In this document: positions 1-9,298 of the stretch, piece after piece
Numbering within the stretch: position 1 is the stretch's first letter
Layout: the number at the start of each line of letters is the position of its first letter
Origin: a candidate division FCPU426 bacterium
GTDB taxonomy: Bacteria > Oederibacteriota > Muellerivitia > Muellerivitales > Muellerivitaceae
Assembly: GCA_963738405.1 (NCBI GenBank)
Contig: CAVTWJ010000010.1
Coordinates: forward strand, 32,001 to 96,000
Reading direction: 5' to 3'
DNA length: 64,000 nucleotides
Notes under the pieces: generated by a model
Told to the model about the DNA's origin: nothing
Seen by the model: the letters and a program-made list of their open reading frames with translations, nothing else
Database searches by the model: none
Translations under genes and position numbers: made by a program

Positions 1-49
1 ATAAGGTTATTGAGGGTTAAATTCTTTTAGAAATGGAAAGGTATTTTCA

Positions 50-250
50 ATGAGTTTATTTTTCCCCAAAAATTGGCAATGCAGAAAATGCAAAAGTGAT
101 CTTATGAGAGAAGATGGAGTATTTGACTGCCCTCATTGTGGGACTTATTTCCCAAGGGCAGGAACCGGTGCGATTTTGAGATTTTGGCTATATTTGGTGA
201 TGGGTCTTCTTTGGCTATTTGTTTGGTATTTTACGACTAGTCACAGATAG
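50..250 (+). CDS. small zinc-ribbon membrane protein (hypothetical)
   Basis: CRKC and CPHC motifs followed by a hydrophobic C-terminal helix; GGAAAGG upstream; AT-rich. Confidence 0.6.
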   Translation: MSLFFPKNWQCRKCKSDLMREDGVFDCPHCGTYFPRAGTGAILRFWLYLVMGLLWLFVWYFTTSHR

Positions 251-273
251 AAGAGTTAATAACGAAATATTTT

Positions 274-320
274 GAATTTAATGGTTCGCAAATCGTTTAA
301 TCCGGGGAACCGTTAAAATT
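274..320. repeat. intergenic imperfect palindrome (attC-like element 1)
   Basis: TTTAATGGTTC...GAACCGTTAAA inverted repeat; its first 21 nt recur with 2 mismatches at 966-986. Confidence 0.5.
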
Positions 321-353
321 TTACTGACTTTGAGACTAAAAAACGGATAAATC

Positions 354-953
354 ATGCAAACTAAAACTATAAGTGATGCAGAAAATTTATATCGGTGGGG
401 TTATTGGTGGGCATACGGGAATCCTCGAAAAAAAGATGGGAAAAAGGCTTTTGAGTATTGGAATAGAGCGGCGCTTCTAGGGCATGTTCTCGCTCAATTT
501 TATCTTGGCACATGTTATGACTGGGGTATTGGAACAAGGAGAAACTTAAAACTTGCTAAGAAATGGTATGAAAAAACGGCAAGATTGGGCGTGATAGGTG
601 GTCAATATAATTTGGCGTTTATGTATCGGGATGGCATCGCGGTTCGAAAGGATTTGAGAAAAGCGTTTAAGTGGTTTAAAGCAGCGGCCCTACAAGGTGA
701 CTCGGAGGGCCAAAGAGATTTGGGCTACTGTTATCACGAAGGTCGAGGAATTAGGAAAAATTTCAAAAAAGGTTTTTATTGGTATTCCAAGGCTGCAAAA
801 CAGAATGATTCTAAAGCGCAATGGAATTTAGCATTGTGTTATTTAGAAGGAGATGGCATAAAACCTAATGAAAAAAAGGCAGAATTCTGGTTAAAGAAAG
901 CGGCTAAAAACGGACACAAGAAAGCAAAGGCCAAACTTAAATCACTGAAGTGA
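354..953 (+). CDS. Sel1-like repeat (SLR) protein
   Basis: Repeated AQxxLGxxYxxGxGxxxNxxKAxxWyxKAA units. Confidence 0.93.
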   Translation: MQTKTISDAENLYRWGYWWAYGNPRKKDGKKAFEYWNRAALLGHVLAQFYLGTCYDWGIGTRRNLKLAKKWYEKTARLGVIGGQYNLAFMYRDGIAVRKDLRKAFKWFKAAALQGDSEGQRDLGYCYHEGRGIRKNFKKGFYWYSKAAKQNDSKAQWNLALCYLEGDGIKPNEKKAEFWLKKAAKNGHKKAKAKLKSLK

Positions 954-965
954 TCGAATTATCTG

Positions 966-1060
966 GAATTTAATGGTTCTAAAATCCTTCTGCACTGAAG
1001 CTCCGAAGGACAAGTCGTGCAGAATGGGAAGGACTCAGATTCTGCAAGTTTCTAAATTTT
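966..1060. repeat. intergenic imperfect palindrome (attC-like element 2)
   Basis: Starts GAATTTAATGGTTC like 274; internal TTCTGCAC/GTGCAGAA and TCCTTC/GAAGGA arms; ends TAAATTT. Confidence 0.4.
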
Positions 1061-1228
1061 GAGGCGGATCACTTTTCAAACGGTGAATTCTTCCAAACTG
1101 GATTAAAAAGAACCTAAGAGTGGACAACCCTTCTCGCCGGAAAACCACCGCAAATTGTGAAACCAATGGCTGAATTTTTGTCGGGGTACAACTTCAAACC
1201 TAATTTCTTTTAAATATGACGTACGCCC

Positions 1229-1256
1229 TTGACTCCCAAAGGTCGAGGGTTAAACT
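1229..1256 (+). promoter_or_regulatory. putative sigma70 promoter of aminotransferase-serA operon
   Basis: TTGACT-N16-TAAACT, overlapped by the inverted repeat CCCTTGAC/GTCGAGGG. Confidence 0.45.
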
Positions 1257-1347
1257 ACCCGCAATTCTTTATGAATTTAAGGGGAGACCGCCCAAAGCGG
1301 GCTGGGTTTTTATTTTGAGGCCCTGATGGGGCGAAAAGAGGTTTCCA

Positions 1348-2502
1348 ATGATGAAAAAGTTCATTATGGCCCCAGGGCCCACTGCCATCCCCGCCGAGGT
1401 TTTGGCGGAAGCCAGCATGCCGATACCCCATCACCGGACCCCGGGGTTTCAGGCCTTGTTTAAGGCCGCCTCCGAGGGGTTGCAACTCTTTTTTCGCACG
1501 AAAAACCCCGTTATCACCTTTGCTTCCGTCGGCACAGGCGCCATGGAAGCTGCCGTTGCCAACCTGACCTCGCCCGGTGAAAAGGTATTGGTAGCTTCTT
1601 CGGGTTGGTTTGGAAAGCGCTGGAACGATATCTGCAAGGTCTACAGCGTTCAAACGGACTATTACGAGTGCGAGTGGGGAAAGTCGGTGGACCCGGCCGA
1701 GGTGGAAAAAAGACTCAAGGCTAGCCCCGAGATTAAACTGGTTTTTACGACCCTCAACGAAACCGCCACAGGAAACCTGAACGATGTTCAAGCCTTGGCC
1801 AAGGTGGCTCACGCCGCCGGCGCATTGATCGTGGTGGATGCCGTTTCGGGCCTGGGAGCGGCTCCTTGCGAAACCGACGGCTGGGGATTGGATGTGGTGG
1901 TTTCGGGTTCGCAGAAAGGTTTCATGATCCCACCGGGCTTGAGCTTTACCTCGGTGAACGCGGCGGCAGCTGAAAAAAACAAGACGGCCAAGAATCCACG
2001 ATTTTATTTCAGCTACGAGAAGGCTTTGAAAAAGCTGACCGAGGAAAAAATGCCGGACACCCCTTTTACCCCGGCCATCTCGCTTGTCATTCAATTGAAG
2101 AAGGCCTTGGAATTGATTCACCAAGAGGGAATGGAAAACGTCTGGAAAAGGCACGCCGGTTTGGCCAGGGCCACTCGGGCGGGTGTGGAAGCCCTGGGGC
2201 TCAAGCTTTACGCCCCCCAATCGCCCTCACCCGCTTTGACTTCTGTGATTTCCCCCGAAGGCATCGACAGCGGACTTATTAACAAGGCCTACCGGGACAC
2301 CTACGGCATCAGCATTGCCGGGGGCCAGGGTCCGGCCAAGGGCAAGATCTTCCGCATCGGGCATCTGGGCTATGTGGATGGCTCGGACACGATTTTGGCC
2401 ATTGCCCGCCTGGAAATGATTCTTCATAAACTGGGCAAGCCTGTGCCCTTGGGAACGGGCGTCAAGGCGGCTCAAGAGGTTTTGCTCGAAGAAAATTTAT
2501 AA
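1348..2502 (+). CDS. class V PLP aminotransferase (alanine-glyoxylate/serine-pyruvate family; likely phosphoserine aminotransferase role)
   Basis: MAPGPT, NETATG, VDAVS, SGSQKG (PLP lysine) and FRIGHLG motifs; adjacent to serA. Confidence 0.9.
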   Translation: MMKKFIMAPGPTAIPAEVLAEASMPIPHHRTPGFQALFKAASEGLQLFFRTKNPVITFASVGTGAMEAAVANLTSPGEKVLVASSGWFGKRWNDICKVYSVQTDYYECEWGKSVDPAEVEKRLKASPEIKLVFTTLNETATGNLNDVQALAKVAHAAGALIVVDAVSGLGAAPCETDGWGLDVVVSGSQKGFMIPPGLSFTSVNAAAAEKNKTAKNPRFYFSYEKALKKLTEEKMPDTPFTPAISLVIQLKKALELIHQEGMENVWKRHAGLARATRAGVEALGLKLYAPQSPSPALTSVISPEGIDSGLINKAYRDTYGISIAGGQGPAKGKIFRIGHLGYVDGSDTILAIARLEMILHKLGKPVPLGTGVKAAQEVLLEENL

Positions 2503-2524
2503 TTAAAACTCGAAGGGGCGCGCC

Positions 2525-4108
2525 ATGATCAAGGTCCTCGTCACCGACAAGCTTTCCGAACAGGGGATGGAAGTCTTCACCCGGGAAAAAGATTTTAAAG
2601 TCGAAGAACATTTGAAAAAAACACCTGATGAGCTCAAGGCTCTCTTGCCGGGTTTTCAAGCCTGGGTGATCCGAAGTGGGACCACCGTGACAGCCGATTT
2701 GATCCAAGCCGCCCCCGACTTAAAAATTATCGGGCGGGCGGGCGTCGGGGTTGATAACGTCGATTTAGAAGCGGCGACAAAGCGGGGGATCATCGTCATG
2801 AACACCCCTGACGGTAATACCATCTCTACCGCAGAGCACACGGTAGCAATGCTTATGTCCATGGCTCGGTTGATTCCCCAGGCCATGCAGTCTTTGCGGG
2901 AAAAGAAATGGGAACGCACCAAATTTACCGGCTGTGAATTGAACGAAAAAATCCTGGGCGTGGTCGGGATGGGACGCATCGGCACCAATGTGGCCCGCAA
3001 GGCCAAGGGTTTGGGGATGAGGATTATCGGGTTTGACCCCTATTTGGATCCGGCCCGTGCGCAGGGACACGAGTTTGAGATCGTCACTCTGGACGATTTG
3101 ATTAAAAGGGCTGATTTCATCACCGTTCATACTCCCCTCACGAAAGAAACGAAGGGGCTGATCGGGGCTGCCCAAATCGCCAAGATGAAGGACGGGGTGC
3201 GGTTGATCAATTGCGCCCGGGGCGGCATTATCGATGAGAAGGCCTTGTATGACGCTTTGAAAAGTAAAAAGGTGGCCGGGGCCGCGCTGGATGTTTTCGA
3301 GCAGGAACCTCCTTTCGAAAGTCCTCTTTTGACCCTCGACAATGTGGTGTTCGTGCCCCATTTGGGCGCCGCCACCCAAGAAGCGCAAGTGAACGTGGCG
3401 GTAGTGGTGGCCGAACAGATGGTGGAAGCTTTGAAGGGCGGGCGTGTCAGCAACGCCATCAATATGCCGTCGCTTGATCCTAAATTACTTGAGGAATTAA
3501 AACCCTATTTGGACCTGATGGAAAAAATAGGTTCATTTCATTACCAGTTGGCTGAATCTTTCATTCAATCCATCAAAGTGGAATACAACGGGGAAATCGC
3601 CAAGTATGATCCCAAACCGTTAACCTTGAGCCTGATGAAAGGCATTCTAGATAAGGGGATGAGCGGGGGCGTCAATTACGTGAACGCGCTGGTCATCGCG
3701 AAGGAAAAGGGCTTCCAGATCACCGAGGCGGTTCATAATACCGTAAAGGATTACTCTTCCCTGATTACCGTAACGGTCAAAAATGAAAAGGGTACCCATT
3801 CCATCTCGGGAACGGTTTTCGGCAAAAACGAGACGCGGATCGTGAATCTGGATGGAAGCAATACCGATTTCACCCCCACGGGGCACATGATCTGGATGGC
3901 GCACCAGGACAAACCAGGAATTGTGGGCAAACTGGGAACCATCCTGGGCAATAACGGCGTGAACATCGCCGGGCTTTACGTGGGCCGCCAGGAAGTGGGA
4001 GGAAAAGCCGTGGCCATGGTGAATGTGGACAATGAAGTTCCCGAAAAAGTTCTGGTTGAATTGAAGGGAATTTCCCACATTCAGGATTTGCGCTTCGTGA
4101 CCCTATAA
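2525..4108 (+). CDS. serA: D-3-phosphoglycerate dehydrogenase (long form with ASB and ACT domains)
   Basis: GRAGVGVDNVD, GMGRIG, NCARGG, PHLGA, C-terminal ACT DKPGIVG. Confidence 0.97.
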   Translation: MIKVLVTDKLSEQGMEVFTREKDFKVEEHLKKTPDELKALLPGFQAWVIRSGTTVTADLIQAAPDLKIIGRAGVGVDNVDLEAATKRGIIVMNTPDGNTISTAEHTVAMLMSMARLIPQAMQSLREKKWERTKFTGCELNEKILGVVGMGRIGTNVARKAKGLGMRIIGFDPYLDPARAQGHEFEIVTLDDLIKRADFITVHTPLTKETKGLIGAAQIAKMKDGVRLINCARGGIIDEKALYDALKSKKVAGAALDVFEQEPPFESPLLTLDNVVFVPHLGAATQEAQVNVAVVVAEQMVEALKGGRVSNAINMPSLDPKLLEELKPYLDLMEKIGSFHYQLAESFIQSIKVEYNGEIAKYDPKPLTLSLMKGILDKGMSGGVNYVNALVIAKEKGFQITEAVHNTVKDYSSLITVTVKNEKGTHSISGTVFGKNETRIVNLDGSNTDFTPTGHMIWMAHQDKPGIVGKLGTILGNNGVNIAGLYVGRQEVGGKAVAMVNVDNEVPEKVLVELKGISHIQDLRFVTL

Positions 4109-4136
4109 ATCGCCGCCTTTCTTGACAGGGACTAGG

Positions 4137-4739
4137 ATGAAAGATACCTTAGAACCCATGAAATCAAACCCGCTTGTTTGTCTCATTTTGTTCCTCATTT
4201 CAACTTCCCCCCTTTTGGCCGCCCCCAGTTTTTGGGGAGGGCAGGAAGAAACTCCCACACCTTCTACCCTGATGCCGGTTGAAGAAGTGGTGGCGACTCC
4301 AACCATTTCGGGACCGACCGCGACTCCGGTAGTTATTCAAAATGTTTCATTTCCCACGCCAACTCCCACGCCCTTGCCTGGGATGAAATCAAAGGACGCC
4401 ACGACCGCCGCGATCCTTTCAACGGTTTTGCCGGGCTTGGGGCAGGTTTACGATGAAGACCCCTTGCGGGGAGTCGCCTTTGCGGCTCTTTTTGGGGTCG
4501 GGCTTTGGCAGACCATCGATAATCTACAATTGGTGAACGCAAGCAATCCTGCCGGGGGTAATAAAGAAGTTAAAAATGAGGATGCGGGAGAGTTGATCGG
4601 TTTGGGGACCCTGGCGGTATATGGTTTTTGCATTCAAGACGCGGCCAATAGCGCTAATAATTACAATCGCCATAATAATCTCGCGCTGACTTTCCAGTTA
4701 AAACCCCGGAGCGGCGCCCAACTAGCCCTTCGTTTCTGA
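4137..4739 (+). CDS. exported/membrane hypothetical protein with Thr/Pro linker (DUF5683-like segment)
   Basis: Signal-like N-terminus, TPTP linker, AAILSTVLPGLGQVY motif, terminal Phe; start uncertain. Confidence 0.6.
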   Translation: MKDTLEPMKSNPLVCLILFLISTSPLLAAPSFWGGQEETPTPSTLMPVEEVVATPTISGPTATPVVIQNVSFPTPTPTPLPGMKSKDATTAAILSTVLPGLGQVYDEDPLRGVAFAALFGVGLWQTIDNLQLVNASNPAGGNKEVKNEDAGELIGLGTLAVYGFCIQDAANSANNYNRHNNLALTFQLKPRSGAQLALRF

Positions 4740-4747
4740 CTTTTGTG

Positions 4748-5785
4748 ATGGCACAAAGAAAAAAGCCATTGTTTTTCAAATTCCGGATTCTAAGTTTTTG
4801 TCTCCTGTCCCTCCTGCCTTTTTGTTTACCCAAACATCTGAGCGCGGTTGAGTTAGATCCCTTTCCCCTGCCGGAAGTTTCAAGGGAACAGGTTTCCATT
4901 TCCTTTTTTCGGGAGGAAAGGCCCAGTTTTTATTGGCTCAACGCAGGCGTACCGGATAGTTTTTTCAACCCTGTCAGCGTAGTGTCCTCCTATCCCAATC
5001 CTGTTACCTATTCCGTAAGAACCATCGAATACGGTATTCGGGCGCAAGGCTGGGTTACGGACCAGCTGAATTTGAGGGTGACTTTGCCCTTTGAGGGAAA
5101 CGCCTTGGAGGACACCGGATCGGTCAATAGTTTGGGTGAGACCATCGTGGGGACCCATAGCGCTGAAAAAATAGGCGATATCGAACTTGGGGCCACCTAT
5201 TTGATCGTGGGAAACGGGGAAAAAGGAAACTACATCGGCGTGAACGGCTGGTACCGGTTTCCGACCGGTTCCAGTCCTTTTTATCAATCCTTCCCCCTGT
5301 TGGGTACAGGGAAGGGAGCGGGGCGTGAGGCCCTGGGGATTGTGATGGACGAGGAAGCTTATGGATTTTCCCTTTTTCAAAGCCTAAACTACGAAACAAC
5401 GGACCCGGTTCAACTCAATAGCGGCTCCTGGTTTGGGTCCGGCACCTTTAATTGGCCCGACAATTGGTTTGCCACGGGAAAAATCAGCTACCAGGTTTTC
5501 CATCGGTCTCAAAGGGTCGTTTCATTTTATTATCAACTTCGAGCCCGGTTCAGCGGCTTGATGAAATTCAACGGCCAGGTTTTAGGTTATGGAGAAAATG
5601 GGAATTCTTTGGGTTTTCCCATGACAACCGACCAGCTCGCTTTTTCGACCATTGGGATGGATGTTCAGGTGGATCGGACCTTTTTGGTCGATGGGCAACT
5701 GACCTATTTTCCATGGTATATTGTGGGTGTTCGTCCGAACCAGGGCTGGCTATTCACGATGGGCCTGGACTTCAAGCCTATTTGA
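4748..5785 (+). CDS. putative outer-membrane beta-barrel ('transporter'-like) protein
   Basis: Signal peptide; GDIELG and FPTG motifs; alternating aromatic/hydrophobic strands. Confidence 0.55.
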   Translation: MAQRKKPLFFKFRILSFCLLSLLPFCLPKHLSAVELDPFPLPEVSREQVSISFFREERPSFYWLNAGVPDSFFNPVSVVSSYPNPVTYSVRTIEYGIRAQGWVTDQLNLRVTLPFEGNALEDTGSVNSLGETIVGTHSAEKIGDIELGATYLIVGNGEKGNYIGVNGWYRFPTGSSPFYQSFPLLGTGKGAGREALGIVMDEEAYGFSLFQSLNYETTDPVQLNSGSWFGSGTFNWPDNWFATGKISYQVFHRSQRVVSFYYQLRARFSGLMKFNGQVLGYGENGNSLGFPMTTDQLAFSTIGMDVQVDRTFLVDGQLTYFPWYIVGVRPNQGWLFTMGLDFKPI

Positions 5786-5810
5786 GCTTTGATTTTTAAG
5801 GAGTTCGGCT

Positions 5811-6182
5811 ATGCCTGACGCAAATATGTTTCTTGAAAAAAGGGTCCATCCCCGTATCTCGGTTAAAATTCCGGTGAAGTACAGGGTGATTGAGGACCAA
5901 AAAGAAATTGAGACGGTTTTTGAGCGAAAAAAGCGAGAACAAACCAGTCAAACGATGGATGTGAGTTTGGGCGGGCTTTACCTGGTCGCGGATCAGGTTC
6001 TCAATGTGGGCAGTATCCTCCGGCTCGATATTTCTCTTCCGGGTCATTCCGTAATGATTTCAGCCTTCGCGGAAGTGGTTTGGTCCAATGAGACCGGCGG
6101 GGGGCTGCATTTTTTAGCCATGAAAGAAGAAGACGTCGATTCGTTGAAGAACTACCTTTCCCAGACTCAACCCGGAAAATAA
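5811..6182 (+). CDS. PilZ-domain c-di-GMP receptor
   Basis: RxxxR (RVHPR) and DxSxGG (DVSLGG); AAGGAG RBS. Confidence 0.9.
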   Translation: MPDANMFLEKRVHPRISVKIPVKYRVIEDQKEIETVFERKKREQTSQTMDVSLGGLYLVADQVLNVGSILRLDISLPGHSVMISAFAEVVWSNETGGGLHFLAMKEEDVDSLKNYLSQTQPGK

Positions 6183-6188
6183 CACCTT

Positions 6189-7394
6189 ATGAACGGACGC
6201 TCCTTGTTTTTCCCCCTTTGGTTTCTTTGGGTCGTTTTGGGTGGGACTTTGGGATTTTTTTCCGGCTACCTCAACCCTTGGATTGGCTGCCCTTTGATTG
6301 GAATCTCCTTTTGGGCTTTGGGAGCCTGGGCCTTTTCCCAGGGCAGCAAGGAAGCCTTTCGATCATTTAAAGCTGGTGTCCAATCCCACGGACCTTCCGA
6401 GAAATTATCCTCCCTCGTTGAGGCTGCCGCTTCCGCAGCGAACCCATTTGAGGCCTTGGCGCTGGGCCTTGTGGAGATGGACAAAGCATCCTTATCTATT
6501 GTTCTTGAAGCAAATGGACAGGCCGGGGCAGGTCCCTCAATGGAAATTCTCGAGAATTTGGAGCGCTTGGTAAGAGAACAAGAACACACCATCCAGGCCT
6601 TTTACGCTTTTAAGGATGTGATCCGGGATTGGTCCACCACCATTGAAAAGGCGGGACGCATCAATAAATCGCTTTTACAACTCAATGAAATAATTGTGAG
6701 CGATAGCAAAAAAGTGGCTCAGGATACCGATTCCGCTGCTCGTTCCGCCACTGAGGGGATCAAGACCGTTGGAAAGGAAATCAAGGCAATGACCGAAATC
6801 AAGGCCACCATTGGTTCTTCCGCGGAAGTGATTCAACAGCTCAATCTTGCCTCGGAGCAAATCGGGGATTTTCTGGCCTCCATTACCTCTATCGCTCGAA
6901 AAACTAATCTTTTGGCCTTGAACGCGGGTATCGAGGCCGCCCGGGCGGGGGAACAGGGAACGGGTTTTGCGGTCGTGGCCGGAGAAATTAAAATTTTAGC
7001 GGAGGCTTCCGCGAAGGCGGCGGGAGATGTCAAGCATTTGGTGGACGACATTCGAAGCAAAACCTCCAGCGCCATTTCACTAATCAATACCACGGGGAAA
7101 ATTGAGGAAAACGTCAATGTTGTCTACAGTGCTGGTGATGTTTTCATGAACATCGTCAAATCGATCCGCAAGGCCGGCGGTTTATTGGGGGAAATCTCAC
7201 AAGCGCTTGATGATCAGAGGAATGATAATGAGTTGCTCGTTCAACTTTTAGAGAAGATACATAGTTCGGGCGGCCAAGTGCGCGATAAATTTGATATGGC
7301 TCAGCAGGGGCTGGATCAGGTTCAGAAACTGTCCCAAAAGATACGGGATCAAATAATTGAAGCGCGGGCTAATTCTCCGGCAAACCGGGATTAA
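6189..7394 (+). CDS. methyl-accepting chemotaxis-like protein
   Basis: IARKTNLLALNAGIEAARAGEQGTGFAVVAGEIK hairpin signature; two closely spaced N-terminal TM helices. Confidence 0.9.
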   Translation: MNGRSLFFPLWFLWVVLGGTLGFFSGYLNPWIGCPLIGISFWALGAWAFSQGSKEAFRSFKAGVQSHGPSEKLSSLVEAAASAANPFEALALGLVEMDKASLSIVLEANGQAGAGPSMEILENLERLVREQEHTIQAFYAFKDVIRDWSTTIEKAGRINKSLLQLNEIIVSDSKKVAQDTDSAARSATEGIKTVGKEIKAMTEIKATIGSSAEVIQQLNLASEQIGDFLASITSIARKTNLLALNAGIEAARAGEQGTGFAVVAGEIKILAEASAKAAGDVKHLVDDIRSKTSSAISLINTTGKIEENVNVVYSAGDVFMNIVKSIRKAGGLLGEISQALDDQRNDNELLVQLLEKIHSSGGQVRDKFDMAQQGLDQVQKLSQKIRDQIIEARANSPANRD

Positions 7395-7395
7395 G

Positions 7396-7425
7396 TTGAC
7401 AGGCTTAAACGCAGGGAGTTAAAGT
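7396..7425 (+). promoter_or_regulatory. putative sigma70 promoter
   Basis: TTGACA-N18-TAAAGT upstream of 7501. Confidence 0.4.
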
Positions 7426-7500
7426 AAAAAGGTTCCTGGTCGTCTAAAAACGTTGTCCGTTCTATTTTTGCTTTTTATTCCAACCTCAAGAGGTTTTTTC

Positions 7501-8466
7501 ATGATCAAGTGCCCGGCCTGCGGTGCGGAAAACCCCGAAGGCACGAAAATTTGCGTTAAATGCGGAACGGAACTTCCCAAAAACGAAAAGGACAAGAAAA
7601 AACCGGTTCCCGCGGCTTCCGGAGAGAAACGAAGCTTCAGGCTGGGTGATATTGCCAGGGATTTGGTGGATATTCTTTTCCTTTTGGCGATCATAGCCCT
7701 GATTGGGTTTTACTTTATAGAAGAGTCCTGCCATTGGACTTGGCCCCCCCGTTTTACGGACACAGAGGAAGCCCGTATCGTATCCAACCCCGTTTTGGGA
7801 GAGCCCACGCCTGTTCCCGCGCACCGCCGTGGCCGCATGGCGCGTCACGCCGCCTCCCCGGAAAGAACCGCAGAGGTAAATCCGGAGGTGCAGTTCGGGA
7901 ATGCCGAGACCTTTTATCAAAGGGGCAAGGCTCAATATGACTTAAAAAATTATCATGCGTCCTATAATTTCCTGAAGCAGGCCCTTCGCGTGGATCCGAC
8001 CTATTCCATGGCCTATTTCGCCCTGGGATACCTTTATCATCACTTTTCAATGGATGACGCCGCGGTTCGGATGTACGAGATGTCCCTTCGATTCAATCCC
8101 AATCACGTGGAATCGATCAATAACCTGGCCAAGATGTTTCAAGACGCTGGCAATTACGATGACGCGATGGATCTTTATCAACAGGCTGTCAGCCTGGACC
8201 CCTCCAACGCCGATTTCCATTTTAACCTGGGGGATCTTTACCTGGAAAAGAACCGAAATGAGGAGGCGCTTCAATCCTTCCAAAAGGCTTCCAGTTTAAA
8301 CCCGCAAAGCCCTGATATTTATACCGACTTGGCCTTGACCTGCGAACGGCTGGGCCGCAAACAGGACGCTGAAGACGCCTGGCACAAGGTGCTGCAATAT
8401 TCCAACCAGGCCGATTACATCCAACAAGCCAAACAACACCTGACTTTCTTGCAGGCCCAGAGCTAG
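7501..8466 (+). CDS. zinc-ribbon, single-TM, TPR-repeat protein
   Basis: CPACG...CVKCG ribbon, TM helix, about 5 TPRs; ATG 7501 follows a GAGG RBS. Confidence 0.85.
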   Translation: MIKCPACGAENPEGTKICVKCGTELPKNEKDKKKPVPAASGEKRSFRLGDIARDLVDILFLLAIIALIGFYFIEESCHWTWPPRFTDTEEARIVSNPVLGEPTPVPAHRRGRMARHAASPERTAEVNPEVQFGNAETFYQRGKAQYDLKNYHASYNFLKQALRVDPTYSMAYFALGYLYHHFSMDDAAVRMYEMSLRFNPNHVESINNLAKMFQDAGNYDDAMDLYQQAVSLDPSNADFHFNLGDLYLEKNRNEEALQSFQKASSLNPQSPDIYTDLALTCERLGRKQDAEDAWHKVLQYSNQADYIQQAKQHLTFLQAQS

Positions 8467-8471
8467 AAGAG

Positions 8472-8519
8472 AAATAAAAAAAGCCGCCTCCCTTTAAAAG
8501 GGGGCGGCTTTTTTTATTT
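8472..8519. terminator. bidirectional rho-independent terminator
   Basis: A-tract-GCCGCCTCCCTTT/AAAAGGGGGCGGC-T-tract between convergent genes. Confidence 0.9.
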
Positions 8520-8533
8520 TGGGACGGGCTAGT

Positions 8534-9229
8534 TTATTTTAGGCGGTTGTAAAGTTTGAAGAGCTCCTTGAAGGCCCTCAAAATCACCGAGAGTTTGGCG
8601 CCGGTTTGGGTGCCCGCCGTTCGGGGATAGTGGGTGACCCCCACCTCCACGAAGCGGAATTTTTCCTTGTGGGAGCGGGCCAAAAGTTCCGTGGAAACCA
8701 TGGCGCCGCCCGCCGTCAGTTCCACCTTGTCCAGAACTTTGCGCTTCATCAGTTTGAAGGCGCAGTCCACATCGCGAACCTTGAAACCAAAAAGCAGTTT
8801 TACCAAGGACCCCCACATAAAAGCGTTCAATTTACGCAGGGCCGGATCCCTTCGGTTTTTTCGGAAGCCCAGGATGAGATCTCCCTCATCGATTTTTTCG
8901 ATGAGAAGAGTGATTTCCCGCAGGTCAAACTGAAGGTCCCCGTCGGTAAAAAAGACGAAATCGTAACGGGCGGCCTTGTAACCGGATATGACCGCCCCCC
9001 CGTAGCCCTTATTTTTTTCATGATGAACGGGGCGTACATGGTCGTCTTCCTTGGATAACCGGTCAATGATCTCACCGGTATGGTCTTTACTGCCGTCGTT
9101 GACGGGAATAATTTCCCATTGTTCGGCCACCTCGGGCAGTATCCCTTGGGCTTGCCTTACCATTTTCTCGACATTGGCTTCCTCGTTGTAACAAGGGAAA
9201 AAAATGGAGAGAGAAGAAAGCTTGGGCAT
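8534..9229 (-). CDS. family 2 glycosyltransferase (polyprenol-phosphate glycosyltransferase, DPM1-like)
   Basis: PCYNEE, VNDGSKD, NKGYGGA, TDGDLQ, DVDCAFK. Confidence 0.92.
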   Translation of the reverse strand: MPKLSSLSIFFPCYNEEANVEKMVRQAQGILPEVAEQWEIIPVNDGSKDHTGEIIDRLSKEDDHVRPVHHEKNKGYGGAVISGYKAARYDFVFFTDGDLQFDLREITLLIEKIDEGDLILGFRKNRRDPALRKLNAFMWGSLVKLLFGFKVRDVDCAFKLMKRKVLDKVELTAGGAMVSTELLARSHKEKFRFVEVGVTHYPRTAGTQTGAKLSVILRAFKELFKLYNRLK

Positions 9230-9298
9230 GACGACTCCTTGCATTTGACTTTGAAAGTTTACCACGCACCGGAGAGGGCCGGAAATAAAACCCGATTC

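Noticed and set aside
1255..2220. 321-aa minus-strand ORF
   Set aside because: Antisense to the aminotransferase; no recognisable motifs
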